Part shown: in pieces, positions 9,726-18,529 of the stretch | How positions within the stretch are numbered: position 1 is the stretch's first letter | Layout of the letters: every line of letters starts with the position of its first letter | NCBI GenBank assembly: GCA_037200865.1 | Contig: JBBCIC010000009.1 | Coordinates: forward strand, 153,365-217,364 | Length of the DNA: 64,000 bases | Source of the DNA: Rhizomicrobium sp. | GTDB lineage: Bacteria > Pseudomonadota > Alphaproteobacteria > Micropepsales > Micropepsaceae | Reading direction: 5' to 3' | The notes under the pieces: model-generated | What the model was told of the DNA's origin: nothing | Databases searched by the model: none | Seen by the model: the letters and a program-made list of their open reading frames with translations, nothing else | Translations under genes and position numbers: made by a program

Positions 9726-10555
9726 ATGGGAGGGAATTTGCGATGCCGGTCTCCCTGTTCGATCTCGACCACAAAGTCCCCATCATCGAGCCGGAGGTTT
9801 ACGCCGCCGACTACGCCGACATTCCCGTGGACCTGGCCGATCCGCGCCGCGACGAGCCGCTGGTCCGGCTGGAGACCATCGGCATCGCCTATGAGTCCCA
9901 TCACGCCCGGACCGACGGCGGAAACTGGCCCTACTTCGCGCCCGTGCCCGGCGCGCGCAAGGACGTTTGGCTGCGCAAGACGGTCGCCGCCATGCTGGCC
10001 AAGGTGAACGACAGGCTGCGGCCCTTCGGCGTCGAGGTGATCGTGCTGGACGGCTATCGCACGATCGCCTGCCAGCGCGGCATGTGGGATTTCTACTATG
10101 GCGAGGCGATGCGCGCGCTGCCGGAGGGGACGCAAGACGATTGGCGCGCCCACGCGTCGGAATACGCGGTCGATCCTTGCGATTTCAGCGAGAACGATTC
10201 CGCGACCTGGCCCACCCACACCACGGGCGCCGCCATCGACCTGTCGCTCCGCGATTTGGCAACCGGACGGCAATGCGATCTGGGTGGGCGGTTCGAAGAC
10301 ATCAACGATATCGCCGCCACCGACTATTTCGAACGCCGGCTTGCGGCCGGCGCGATCGCCGGCGACGACCGCCGCCTGTGGCTTCGCCGGCTGCTCCATT
10401 GGGCGATGCAGAGCGAGGGCTTCGAGAACGACCCCTTCACGTTCTGGCACTATGACTGGGGCAGCCAGCTCTATGTGAAGATGAGACGTCTCCTTCGCCC
10501 CGATCCGCCGGCGGCGGCGTGGTACGGCTACGTCCCCCCACCGGGAACGCCGTGA
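9722..10555 (+). CDS. D-Ala-D-Ala dipeptidase family (M15D, VanX/DdpX-like)
   Basis: WLRKTVA, LDGYR..Q, HTTGAAIDL, DLGGRF and FWHYD motifs. Confidence 0.85.
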   Translation: MNGREFAMPVSLFDLDHKVPIIEPEVYAADYADIPVDLADPRRDEPLVRLETIGIAYESHHARTDGGNWPYFAPVPGARKDVWLRKTVAAMLAKVNDRLRPFGVEVIVLDGYRTIACQRGMWDFYYGEAMRALPEGTQDDWRAHASEYAVDPCDFSENDSATWPTHTTGAAIDLSLRDLATGRQCDLGGRFEDINDIAATDYFERRLAAGAIAGDDRRLWLRRLLHWAMQSEGFENDPFTFWHYDWGSQLYVKMRRLLRPDPPAAAWYGYVPPPGTP

Positions 10556-10601
10556 GACGCAACGCCCGAGTGGTGGATGCAAGCAGGCCACTGTCGCGCA
10601 T

Positions 10602-10633
10602 AATATTAACTCACGCGTGAGTGAGTATTGACA
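10602..10633. promoter_or_regulatory. Palindromic operator (ACTCACGCGTGAGT, 10609-10622) next to a TTGACA -35 element
   Basis: Perfect 14-bp palindrome in an AT-rich intergenic region, upstream of an operon that ends in a TetR gene. Confidence 0.6.
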
Positions 10634-10710
10634 ACTCCAGCTTAATAGGTTGGCATCGCGGTGTTGCAAGCGTCGGCACTCATGATCGGCGCTCTGGGGA
10701 GGAAAAGCAG

Positions 10711-12888
10711 ATGAGGACGATTCTTCTCGCGTCGGCTGGTGCCGTCGCGTTATTGGCGACGTGCATGTCGGCGCAAGCGCAGACATCGTCGGCCGACGGG
10801 ACCAAGGAAGCCGATCAGCGGGCCGGCGGCCCGGTCGAGACGGTCCTCGTCACCGCCGAGCGGCGCAGCGAGAACCTGCAGACGACGGCGCTTTCCGCCA
10901 CGGTCCTGACCGGTCCCGACCTCTCCAACAAGGGCATCATCACGGTCGACCAGCTCCAATTCGCCGCGCCCGCCGTGGTGATCAACAATTTCGGCCAGGG
11001 CATCGATTTCAACATCCGCGGCATCGGCAAGGCCGAGCACAACAGCCAGACCACCACCGGCGTGATCACCTACCGCGACGGCGTCGCGACCTTCCCCGGC
11101 TACTTCACGGAAGAGCCCTATTACGACCTGGCGAGCGTCGAAATCCTGCGCGGCCCGCAAGGCACGTTCGTGGGCTCGAACGCGACCGGCGGCGCCGTCT
11201 TCGCCAACACCAACAACCCCATCATCGGTGGCGATTACAGCGGCTACGGCCAGGGCCAGGTCGGCAACTACACCGACTTCGCGCTGCAGGGCGCAGTCAA
11301 CGTGCCGATCAGCGATACCTTGGCGGCGCGCGTCGCGTTCTACGGCGAGGCGCGGGACAGCTTCTATTCCTTCAAGGGCCCGGGCGGCACCGAATACACC
11401 GGCAATCCCGGCCGCGCGCGCTGGGGCGCCGGGCGCGTCAGCCTTCTCTGGCAGCCCACCGAGTCGCTGACGGTCCTGTTCAAGACCGACGCCGACTATC
11501 TCGACAACGGCGCCTATGCCGCCGATCCGGTGCTCGCGACCAACGATCCGTTCAAGCTCACGGCCAACGCGCCGCAACTGGCGATCGACCGCTTCACGCG
11601 CTCGTCGCTCAAGATCGACTATGTGTTTCCGGGCGGCATCACGCTTCGCTCCGTCTCGGGCTATCAGAACGGCAATACCTCCTATACGGCGGACCTGGAC
11701 GGCACGAGCACCGGAATTTACACCTTCACCGACTCGGTGGACGAGACGACCTGGTCCCAGGAAATCAACCTGATCTCGCCCGACACCGGGATGGTGACCT
11801 GGGTGCTCGGCGCCTATGCGCAATCCGACAGCCTCAATTTCCTGCCGCCCTACCGGTTCGTGATCAACACGCCGTTCCCGGGACCCGGCGTATATGCGCT
11901 CCAGGGCACCAATCCGAAGACCTCCTTTGCCGGCTTCGGCCAGGTCAGCGTCAACCTGCCGGCGGGTTTCCAGGTCCAGGTCGGCGGCCGCTACTCCTTT
12001 GCCAGCACCAAGAACAACGTCGACGTCTTCCAATACGGCACGCCGATCGTCGACCAGCAGAGGGCGACCTTCAGCAACATCTCGTACAAGGCGGCTCTGA
12101 GCTGGAAGGCCAACGACAACAACTTCTTCTACGGCTTCGTCGCGACGGGCTTCCGGCCGGGCGGTCTCAACGTCCCGGTGGGCTTCGGCCTGCCGGCGCC
12201 GTTCAAGTCGGAAAAGGTGACGGAATACGAACTTGGCTACAAGACGACGGCGTTCGACGGGCATCTGCGCGCCCAGATCGACGGCTACTATAACCACTAC
12301 GAGAATTTCCAGGTCACCATCGGCTATCCCACCCTCCCGATCTTCGGCTTCGAGCTCAACAATCCCAACCCGACCGAGATGTACGGCATCGAGGCGGAGA
12401 CCCAGGCGGTGTTCGGGGCCTTCTCGTTCGACGCCGGTCTCGGCTGGATGCACAGCTCGCTGGGCGAGTTCTTCGCGACGGATCCCAGAGTGGCGACCTT
12501 CACGCCGTGCGATCCGGTGACCGGCCCCGCGAGCATCTCCTGCTTCAATCTGAAGGGGCATGAGCAGACCTATGCGCCGAACTTCACCTTCAATCTCGGG
12601 GCGCAATACGTCTTCAACCTCGATGGCGGCGACACGCTGACGCCCCGGGTCAATTTCGGGCACATCGCTTCGCAATGGGCGACGCTGTTCGAGAATCCGG
12701 CGCGCGGCGACCGGCTCACCGAGCGCAACATCCTGGGCGGGCAGATCGCCTGGACGCATGGCGGCTATATCTTCTCGCTCTACGGCACCAATCTGACGGA
12801 CCAGCATTATGTCGGAGCGCTCAACTCGGGCCTGCGCTTCGTCGGCCCGCCGCGGCAATACGGCGTCCGCATCTTCAAGGTGTTCTGA
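10711..12888 (+). CDS. TonB-dependent receptor
   Basis: Signal peptide MRTILLASAG.., TonB-box-like ETVLVTAERR, plug motif VEILRGPQGT, C-terminal Phe; GGGGAGG SD. Confidence 0.93.
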   Translation: MRTILLASAGAVALLATCMSAQAQTSSADGTKEADQRAGGPVETVLVTAERRSENLQTTALSATVLTGPDLSNKGIITVDQLQFAAPAVVINNFGQGIDFNIRGIGKAEHNSQTTTGVITYRDGVATFPGYFTEEPYYDLASVEILRGPQGTFVGSNATGGAVFANTNNPIIGGDYSGYGQGQVGNYTDFALQGAVNVPISDTLAARVAFYGEARDSFYSFKGPGGTEYTGNPGRARWGAGRVSLLWQPTESLTVLFKTDADYLDNGAYAADPVLATNDPFKLTANAPQLAIDRFTRSSLKIDYVFPGGITLRSVSGYQNGNTSYTADLDGTSTGIYTFTDSVDETTWSQEINLISPDTGMVTWVLGAYAQSDSLNFLPPYRFVINTPFPGPGVYALQGTNPKTSFAGFGQVSVNLPAGFQVQVGGRYSFASTKNNVDVFQYGTPIVDQQRATFSNISYKAALSWKANDNNFFYGFVATGFRPGGLNVPVGFGLPAPFKSEKVTEYELGYKTTAFDGHLRAQIDGYYNHYENFQVTIGYPTLPIFGFELNNPNPTEMYGIEAETQAVFGAFSFDAGLGWMHSSLGEFFATDPRVATFTPCDPVTGPASISCFNLKGHEQTYAPNFTFNLGAQYVFNLDGGDTLTPRVNFGHIASQWATLFENPARGDRLTERNILGGQIAWTHGGYIFSLYGTNLTDQHYVGALNSGLRFVGPPRQYGVRIFKVF

Positions 12889-12901
12889 GCACGGAACCCG
12901 A

Positions 12902-12945
12902 TCGGCCGCCGCGCCCGCACAATCGGCCGGCGGCCGAGCTTTTCC
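12902..12945 (+). terminator. Hairpin with a short U-tract after the TonB receptor
   Basis: TCGGCCGCCG...CGGCGGCCGA followed by GCTTTT. Confidence 0.4.
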
Positions 12946-12966
12946 CGGTCAAATTTCGCATGGACG

Positions 12967-14319
12967 ATGATTTCTGAGATGCGCGCCGGAGAAAAGGCAG
13001 CCCCGCCTGTCGCGGTTGGAAGTCCGAACCCCGGCCCGGTCGCGCCGGTTGCACCGCTGGGCGCGCGCGCCTGGATCGTGCTCGCCATCCTGTGTTTCGT
13101 CTATGTCCTGAACTTCCTGGACCGCTCGCTGCTCTCGATCCTGGCCAAGCCGATCCAGGACAGCCTGCACGTCTCCGACGGCCAGCTAGGCCTGATCGGC
13201 GGTCTCTACTTCGCGCTGTTCTACTGCTTCATCTCGATTCCGGTGGGGTGGATCGCCGACCGGACCAACCGGGTCTGGGTCCTGTCCATCGCCTGTGCGG
13301 TGTGGAGCGCCGCGACGATGGCGTGCGGCGCCGCCGCGACCTATCCCCAGCTCGTCGCCGCGCGGATGACGGTCGGCGTTGGCGAGGCCGGCGGCGTGCC
13401 GCCCTCCTACGCGATCGTCTCCGACTATTTCCCGCCCGGCCGCCGCGGCACGGCGCTCGGCATCTACAATCTGGGTCCGCCGATCGGCGCCGCGCTGGGC
13501 ACCGCCTTCGGGGCCGCTATCGCCGCGGCCTACAACTGGCGCACTGCGTTCGTCGTCCTGGGATCGATCGGCCTGTTCGCGGCCCTGCTGGTCATACTGG
13601 CGGTGCGCGAGCCCAGGCGTGGCGGCCTCGACGCGCCGTCCGTCGGGACCGCGGCGACCGGCTTCTGGCAGACGATCGTGATGTTCTTCTCCAAGCCGGC
13701 GCTGGTGCTCGCCGCGCTGGCGAGCGGGGTGACGCAGATCATCACCTATGGCGCGGGGAATTTCTCGACGCTTTTCCTCATGCGCGAAAAAGGCATGACG
13801 CTGCAGGAGGTCGCGATCTATCTCGCGCTGGTCATAGCAATCGCGATGAGCGCGGGCATCGTCGTCTCCGGACGCGTGATCGACCGCTTCACGCGGCGCT
13901 CGCGGCGCGCCTATGCCCTGGTTCCGGCCGCCTCCCTGACGCTCGCTGTCCCGTTCTTCATCGGCTTCATCTGGGCGCCGGGCTGGCCGCTCGCGCTGGC
14001 CTTCCTGATCGGCCCGTATTTCCTCAATTACTTCTACCTGTCCTCGGCGGTGACGCTGGTTCAGGAGGAGGTGCGGCCCGACCAGCGCGTCACCTCGGGG
14101 GCGCTGCTGCTCCTGGTCATGAACCTGATCGGCATGGGGGTCGGTCCGACCTTCGTCGGCGCCGCCAGCGATTTCTTCCTCGCGAACCATCCCCACAATT
14201 CCCTTCAGCTTGCCTACTACGCGCTGGTGCCGTTCTACGCGCTGGCGATCGTGCTGTTCCTGTGGCTGGCGCGCGTCCTGAGAAAGGAAGATCTCACGAT
14301 CGGAGCGTTACGCCGATGA
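12967..14319 (+). CDS. MFS transporter (spinster-like)
   Basis: LNFLDRSLL, GWIADRTNR and GVGEAG motifs; about 12 hydrophobic segments. Confidence 0.9.
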   Translation: MISEMRAGEKAAPPVAVGSPNPGPVAPVAPLGARAWIVLAILCFVYVLNFLDRSLLSILAKPIQDSLHVSDGQLGLIGGLYFALFYCFISIPVGWIADRTNRVWVLSIACAVWSAATMACGAAATYPQLVAARMTVGVGEAGGVPPSYAIVSDYFPPGRRGTALGIYNLGPPIGAALGTAFGAAIAAAYNWRTAFVVLGSIGLFAALLVILAVREPRRGGLDAPSVGTAATGFWQTIVMFFSKPALVLAALASGVTQIITYGAGNFSTLFLMREKGMTLQEVAIYLALVIAIAMSAGIVVSGRVIDRFTRRSRRAYALVPAASLTLAVPFFIGFIWAPGWPLALAFLIGPYFLNYFYLSSAVTLVQEEVRPDQRVTSGALLLLVMNLIGMGVGPTFVGAASDFFLANHPHNSLQLAYYALVPFYALAIVLFLWLARVLRKEDLTIGALRR

Positions 14320-15962
14320 CCGCCTTGCGCCGTCTCATTCTCTGTGTCGCCGCGGCCGCCGGCCTCGCCGTGTCCGCGCCCGCCGGCGTCGAGCCGGCGG
14401 CGGTCGTGAACGCCCCGGCCGGTCCGCTGAAAGGCCAGATCGAAGGCGCGCTGCGCGTCTTCAAGGGCATACCCTTCGCCTTGCCCCCGGTGGGCGCCCT
14501 GCGCTGGCGGCCGCCGGCGCCGCTGCCGCGCTGGACGGCGGTCCGGACCGCGACCGCCTACGGACCCGAATGCATCCAGCCTAAGGCCACGCTCTCGACG
14601 ATCTATTCCGCCGATCCGCTGCCGATGAGCGAGGATTGCCTGACGCTGAATATCTGGGCGCCTGCCGACGCGCGCAATGCGCCGGTGTTTTTCTGGATCT
14701 ATGGCGGCGCGCTGTGGGGCGGGTCGAGCCGCGATCCGCTCTATGACGGCGCCCGCCTGGCGGCGCAGGGCGTCGTTGTGGTCACGATCAACTACCGGGT
14801 CGGCGTTCTGGGCTGGCTGGCGCATCCCGAGCTCAGCGCCGAGTCGCCGCTCGGCATCTCCGGCAACTACGGCCTGCTCGACCAGATCGCGGCGCTGCGC
14901 TGGGTCAAGGACAATATCGGCGCTTTTGGCGGCGATCCGGCGAACGTGACCATCGCCGGCGAGTCGGCCGGCGGCCTCAGCGTGATGTATCTCATGGCGT
15001 CGCCCAACGCGCGCGGATTGTTCGCCAAGGCGATCGCACAAAGCGCCTACATGATCTCCACGCCGCAACTGCGCGACAGCCGCTTCGGCGATCTGCCGGC
15101 CGAAGGGGTCGGCACCTGGCTGGCCGGCAAGCTGGGCGCGGCCGGCATCGCGGGCCTGCGGGCGATGGACGCCACGGCGCTGACCGATGCGGCGGCGGAC
15201 GCGCGCTATGGCCCGTTCGGGACGATCGACGGCCATATCCTGCCGCGCCAGCTTGTCGAGGTGTTCGATCGCGGCGAGCAGGCGCCGGTGCCGGTCCTCG
15301 CGGGCTTCAACAGCGGCGAGATTCGCTCGCTGCGCATCCTCGCGCCGCCGCCGCCCGCCGATGCGGCAACCTACACGGCGCAGATCCGCGCCCGCTACGG
15401 CGACTTGGCGCACGACTTTCTCGCGCTCTATCCCGCGACCAACATGGCCGAGAGCATCCTCAAGACGACGCGGGACGGGCTGTACGGCTGGACCGCCGAA
15501 CGGCTGGTCGCCAAGCAGACGGCGCTCGGCGTGCCGGGCTTCCTTTACTACTTCGATCACGGCTATCCCGCCGCCGACGCCGCCGGCCTGCACGCCTTCC
15601 ACGCCAGCGAGCTCCCTTATGTGTTCGGCACCGCCGAGCGGACGGGGCCGCTGTGGCCGAAGGCGCCCGCGACGCCGGCGGAGTCGAACCTGACGGACGC
15701 GATGATCGGCTATTGGACCGCGTTCGCCCGCGACGGCGTCCCCAGCGCGGCGGGGCAGCCGTACTGGCAACCCTATGGCGCCGAGCGGGCCTATATGGCG
15801 TTCGAGGAGGGCCCACGGCCCGGCACGCATCTGCTGCCCGGCATGTATGAGCTCAACGAACAGGTCGTGTGCCGCCGCCGCGCCCAAGGCGGCGTCGCCT
15901 GGAACTGGAATGTCGGCCTCGTCTCGCCGCCGCTTCCCGCCGGGGCGCCGGAATGCCGATGA
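14316..15962 (+). CDS. Type-B carboxylesterase, secreted
   Basis: FKGIPFA, SEDCLTLNIW, GESAG nucleophile and HASEL catalytic His; ATGA overlap with the MFS stop. Confidence 0.92.
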   Translation: MTALRRLILCVAAAAGLAVSAPAGVEPAAVVNAPAGPLKGQIEGALRVFKGIPFALPPVGALRWRPPAPLPRWTAVRTATAYGPECIQPKATLSTIYSADPLPMSEDCLTLNIWAPADARNAPVFFWIYGGALWGGSSRDPLYDGARLAAQGVVVVTINYRVGVLGWLAHPELSAESPLGISGNYGLLDQIAALRWVKDNIGAFGGDPANVTIAGESAGGLSVMYLMASPNARGLFAKAIAQSAYMISTPQLRDSRFGDLPAEGVGTWLAGKLGAAGIAGLRAMDATALTDAAADARYGPFGTIDGHILPRQLVEVFDRGEQAPVPVLAGFNSGEIRSLRILAPPPPADAATYTAQIRARYGDLAHDFLALYPATNMAESILKTTRDGLYGWTAERLVAKQTALGVPGFLYYFDHGYPAADAAGLHAFHASELPYVFGTAERTGPLWPKAPATPAESNLTDAMIGYWTAFARDGVPSAAGQPYWQPYGAERAYMAFEEGPRPGTHLLPGMYELNEQVVCRRRAQGGVAWNWNVGLVSPPLPAGAPECR

Positions 15963-17551
15963 TCGAGGGCGACATGCAGCCCTTTGCGCTGACGCTCGAC
16001 AAATTCCTGGCGCACGCCGCCAAATGGCATCCGCGGGGCGAGGTCGTGACCGGGCGCGAAGGCGGCCGGATCGACCGCATCGGCTACGCCGAGCTCAGGG
16101 AGCGCAGCCTGCGGATTTCCGCCGTGCTCCAGGGCTTGCGGATTCGACCGGGCGATCGTGTCGCCACCCTGGCGTGGAACAGCCAGGCCCATGTCGAGGT
16201 CTGGTACGCGATCATGGGCATGGGAGCCGTCTGCCACACGCTCAATCCGCGCCTGACCGCGGCGCAGCTCGCAGCGATGGTGGGGCGCTCGCAAGCGCGC
16301 ATCCTCATCGCGAGCGCCGATCTTGCGCCGCTCGCCCGGCAGATCGTCGCGCGCGTGGCGGGAATCGAACGCATCCTGGTGATCGACGCCGTGCGCGACG
16401 CCGAAGACTCTCCCACGGACGCGGCGATGGTCGCTCCGCTCGAGCCACTGATCGCAGAAGCGGCCGGCGGCGCGATCTGGGGCGAATTCGCGGAGACCGC
16501 GGCCTGCGGCCTGTGCTTCACCTCTGGCACCACCGGCGCCCCCAAGGGCGTCACCTACACGCACCGGTCGAGCTACCTGCACACGCTGCGCCTGCTGCAG
16601 GCCGACGCGATGGCGATCGGCAGCGCCGACAGCGTGCTCGCGGTCGTGCCGATGTTCCATGCCAATGCCTGGGGCCTTCCCTTCGCGGTGCCGGCGGTCG
16701 GCGCCAAGCTGGTGTTGCCGGGCCGCCAGACCGATGGCGCCAGCCTGGCGCATCTGATCAATGCCGAAGCAGTGACCATCGCGGTGGGCGTCGCCACGGT
16801 TTGGCTCGGGCTTCTGGAGCACATCGAGGCCGGCAGCGGCGCGGTGCCGAGTTTGCGGCGCATCGTCGTGGGCGGCGCGCCCTTGCCCCCCGCCTTGATG
16901 GCGCGCCTCGAACGCCGCCTGGGCGTAACGGTCCAGACCAGTTGGGGCATGACCGAGCTGTCGCCGCTGGGCACGATTTCGCCGCCGGGCGATCCGGTGC
17001 GCTCGGCGGCGTCGTCGGGCCGTCCCGCGGCCGGCATCGACCTGCTGCTCACCGATGCGCAAGGCCGCCCGCTCCCCGACCAGCGCGGCGCCGAGGGCCA
17101 TTTGCGCGTGCGCGGCGCCGCCGTGGTCGCGCGCTATTTCGGCGAGGCGCAGCCGGCGACGGATTGCGACGGCTGGTTCCCGACCGGCGATCTCGCGCGA
17201 ATCGACCCCGACGGAAGCTTGATCATCACCGGCCGCGCCAAGGACCTGATCAAGTCGGGGGGCGAGTGGATCAACCCCGCCGAGATCGAGGCGCTCGTCA
17301 GCGCCCTTCCCGAAATCTCGCTCGCCGCGGTCATCGGGCGATCGGACGCCAAATGGGGGGAACGCCCCATCCTGCTGGTTGAAACGCGGGGGGCGGACGA
17401 AATCAGCGACGAGGCCTTGCTCGCCCCGTTGCGCGGCAATGTCGCGCCGTGGTGGATTCCGGATGCGATCATCCGTCTGCCGCGCATGCCTCTGGCGTCC
17501 ACCGGCAAGGTCGACAAGATACGTTTGAGGGCTGAATATGGCAGCAATTGA
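15959..17551 (+). CDS. Acyl-CoA ligase (AMP-binding; long-chain fatty acid/aryl-CoA ligase family)
   Basis: FTSGTTGAPKG, WGMTE, TGD and KDLIKSGGEW motifs; ATGA overlap at 15959. Confidence 0.92.
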   Translation: MIEGDMQPFALTLDKFLAHAAKWHPRGEVVTGREGGRIDRIGYAELRERSLRISAVLQGLRIRPGDRVATLAWNSQAHVEVWYAIMGMGAVCHTLNPRLTAAQLAAMVGRSQARILIASADLAPLARQIVARVAGIERILVIDAVRDAEDSPTDAAMVAPLEPLIAEAAGGAIWGEFAETAACGLCFTSGTTGAPKGVTYTHRSSYLHTLRLLQADAMAIGSADSVLAVVPMFHANAWGLPFAVPAVGAKLVLPGRQTDGASLAHLINAEAVTIAVGVATVWLGLLEHIEAGSGAVPSLRRIVVGGAPLPPALMARLERRLGVTVQTSWGMTELSPLGTISPPGDPVRSAASSGRPAAGIDLLLTDAQGRPLPDQRGAEGHLRVRGAAVVARYFGEAQPATDCDGWFPTGDLARIDPDGSLIITGRAKDLIKSGGEWINPAEIEALVSALPEISLAAVIGRSDAKWGERPILLVETRGADEISDEALLAPLRGNVAPWWIPDAIIRLPRMPLASTGKVDKIRLRAEYGSN

Positions 17552-18302
17552 GCCGGGGTCCGGCACGCGGTCGCCCAATGCCGTCAAATCAACAGGGAAG
17601 GCCCGCGTGGCGCATGAAGACGTGAAATCCCGCCGACGCCCGACCAAGGAGCAGCAGCGCGCCGACAAGATGGAGCAGATTCTCGACGGGGCGGAGCTGC
17701 TGTTCTCGAAACACGGCCTGCACGGCGTGACGCTCAAGGACGTCGCCAAGCTCGTCGGCGTCCATCACACGCTGCTGAACTACTATTTCGAGGACAAGAA
17801 GAAGCTGTTCGACGCCGTCTTCGCCCGCCGCGCCGTGGTCACCAGCACGCGGCGGATGGAGGCGCTCGACGAATACGACGCCGCGACCCAGGGGCGGCCG
17901 ACCGTCGAGGGCGCTCTGCGCGCCTTCCTCGACACCGACCTCGATCTTTACAGCCAGGGCGGCGAGAGCTGGAAGAATTACGGCGCGCTCGGCGCCAAGG
18001 CCGCCAATACGCCGGAGGGCGCCGCCCTGCTGGACGAGCATTTCGACCCCGTGGTGCTGCGCCTGATCGCGTTGCTGAAGAAGGCGCTGCCCGGCTGCGC
18101 CGACCAGGACATCTTCTGGGGCTATCACTTCGTGACCGGCGCGCTGATGCTCACGCTCGCGCGCACCGGGCGCATCGACAAGCTTTCGGCCGGCCTGTGC
18201 AAGTCGGACGACTTCGCCGCCGTCAAGGATCGCATGGCCTCGTTCATGGCCGCCGGCTTCCTCGCGATCTGCGAGCCCCGCAAGGACGGCGATTCGCGCT
18301 GA
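17538..18302 (+). CDS. TetR/AcrR family transcriptional regulator
   Basis: N-terminal HTH ILDGAELLFSKHGLHGVTLKDVAK...YYF. The true start may be the GTG near 17608. Confidence 0.9.
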   Translation: MAAIEPGSGTRSPNAVKSTGKARVAHEDVKSRRRPTKEQQRADKMEQILDGAELLFSKHGLHGVTLKDVAKLVGVHHTLLNYYFEDKKKLFDAVFARRAVVTSTRRMEALDEYDAATQGRPTVEGALRAFLDTDLDLYSQGGESWKNYGALGAKAANTPEGAALLDEHFDPVVLRLIALLKKALPGCADQDIFWGYHFVTGALMLTLARTGRIDKLSAGLCKSDDFAAVKDRMASFMAAGFLAICEPRKDGDSR

Positions 18303-18429
18303 GCCGGCGCGAACCGCGATAACACCCTTTTCCGGACTGCACCCGAAGCGGACCCACCGCGCGAACGCGCGCGCCGCCCGTCCATAGTGGCAAGACCGCA
18401 ACGCTGCCCGGCGATCCCACTTCCGATGC

Positions 18430-18485
18430 TTGACAAAAATATTGGTCTGACCAATATGACGTTTCTACAAAATGGCCTAGCCAAT
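18430..18485. promoter_or_regulatory. TTGACA -35 plus FadR/GntR-type operators (ATATTGGTCTGACCAATAT at 18439-18457; weaker copy at 18471-18485)
   Basis: Perfect 9-1-9 palindrome matching the FadR-subfamily TGGT-N3-ACCA pattern; the cognate regulator is probably at 21221. Confidence 0.75.
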
Positions 18486-18529
18486 AACAACTGGCCCAAA
18501 TAATGGCCAGACATCCGGGGGAACGGATC

